Shown here: piece after piece, positions 32,798 through 33,385 of the stretch
Numbering within the stretch: the first letter of the stretch is position 1
Layout of the letters: every line of letters starts with the position of its first letter
Source: Neoconidiobolus thromboides FSU 785
Taxonomy: Eukaryota > Fungi > Entomophthoromycota
DNA length: 33,385 bases
Reading direction: 5' to 3'
NCBI GenBank assembly: GCA_025603075.1
Contig: MU626469.1
Location: 1 to 33,385, forward strand
The notes under the pieces: model-generated
Told to the model about the DNA's origin: nothing
The model's database searches: none
What the model saw: the letters and a program-made list of their open reading frames with translations, nothing else
Program-made: the position numbers and the translations under genes

Positions 32798-33337
32798 GTT
32801 AATGTCAATTGTTTTGTGCTGATCTATTCTTTATATTTGTATTTTATATTTTTGTTGAATATGTTGCTTTAAATTTAATTGTCATTTTGAATAAAATAAT
32901 ATAAAAATATGACATTTTTTTTTTAATAATTTTTTTTTAAAAAGCTAAAAATTAATTCAACTTTAGTTAAACCTGTTAAATTTCCTTGCTATAATGTTTT
33001 TTAATTCTTTTAAATTAAATAACAAATTAAATCTGTGAACTTTTATTTAAAAAAAGCTGATTTAGTTATACTGAAAATTAATTAAGAAAATAAGAATAGA
33101 GTAAGAATAGAATAAAATAAAAATAAAGCATTTTACAATTTTTACTTTTTTGTGTTAATAAATTGAGTTTGGTATATAAATTCAATATATTAATGTGATT
33201 TTTAATATACTGTTACAAATGGTATAAAATTAGTTATTAAAAAAATCATGTTATTATTGTTTATTACTCCTATAATTACATAATACTAGTAATTGTTTTA
33301 CTAAATTTACTTTGATTTTTTTATTTGGTGTGAAACT

Positions 33338-33385
33338 GTGAAATCTGGTACTCAGGGTTTGGAGTCAAGAACAGCTATTGCTGGG
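33338..33385 (-). repeat. Repeat family R1, copy D (inverted, cut by the window end)
   Basis: Reverse complement cccagcaatagctgttcttgactccaaaccctgagtaccagatttcac matches copy C (gcaatagctgttcttgagttcaatcactgagtaccagatttcac). Confidence 0.85.

Noticed and set aside
33085-33130. AGAAT/AAAAT short repeats
   Set aside because: Ordinary low-complexity A-rich microsatellite-like DNA.
1-33385. Whole window as a giant transposon bounded by inverted R1 copies
   Set aside because: R1 also occurs internally twice, the terminal copies are diverged and cut by the sequence ends, no transposase is present, and the interior holds core genes. Assembly breaks at repeats explain the pattern.

Overview
AT-rich eukaryotic (fungal) genomic DNA with very short GT-AG introns (42-58 nt in the models I resolved) and a 100-N gap at 21946-22045. 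Gene content and style suggest an early-diverging fungus such as Entomophthorales (inference). The left part (about 1.5-18.7 kb) has intron-rich housekeeping genes (ATP23, a dynactin p24-like gene, SEC7, TAF5), two intronless 7-transmembrane receptor-like paralogs and a Kelch-membrane-protein pseudogene. The right part (about 19.4-33.4 kb) looks accessory. It encodes a secreted SGNH/GDSL-fold protein with all four signature catalytic residues replaced, two S1 serine protease paralogs with a non-trypsin pocket, a beta-lactamase-family hydrolase, a Kelch single-pass membrane protein and a cytochrome P450. These genes are interleaved with a ~100-bp MITE-like family (GGGGATGT...ACATCCCC termini; 7 copies there, 8 in the window). 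A second repeat family lies at both window ends, after the gap and at 32.5 kb. I found no rRNA, tRNA or CRISPR. The best leads are the SGNH pseudoenzyme, the MITE family and its concentration around accessory genes, and the diverging protease pair.
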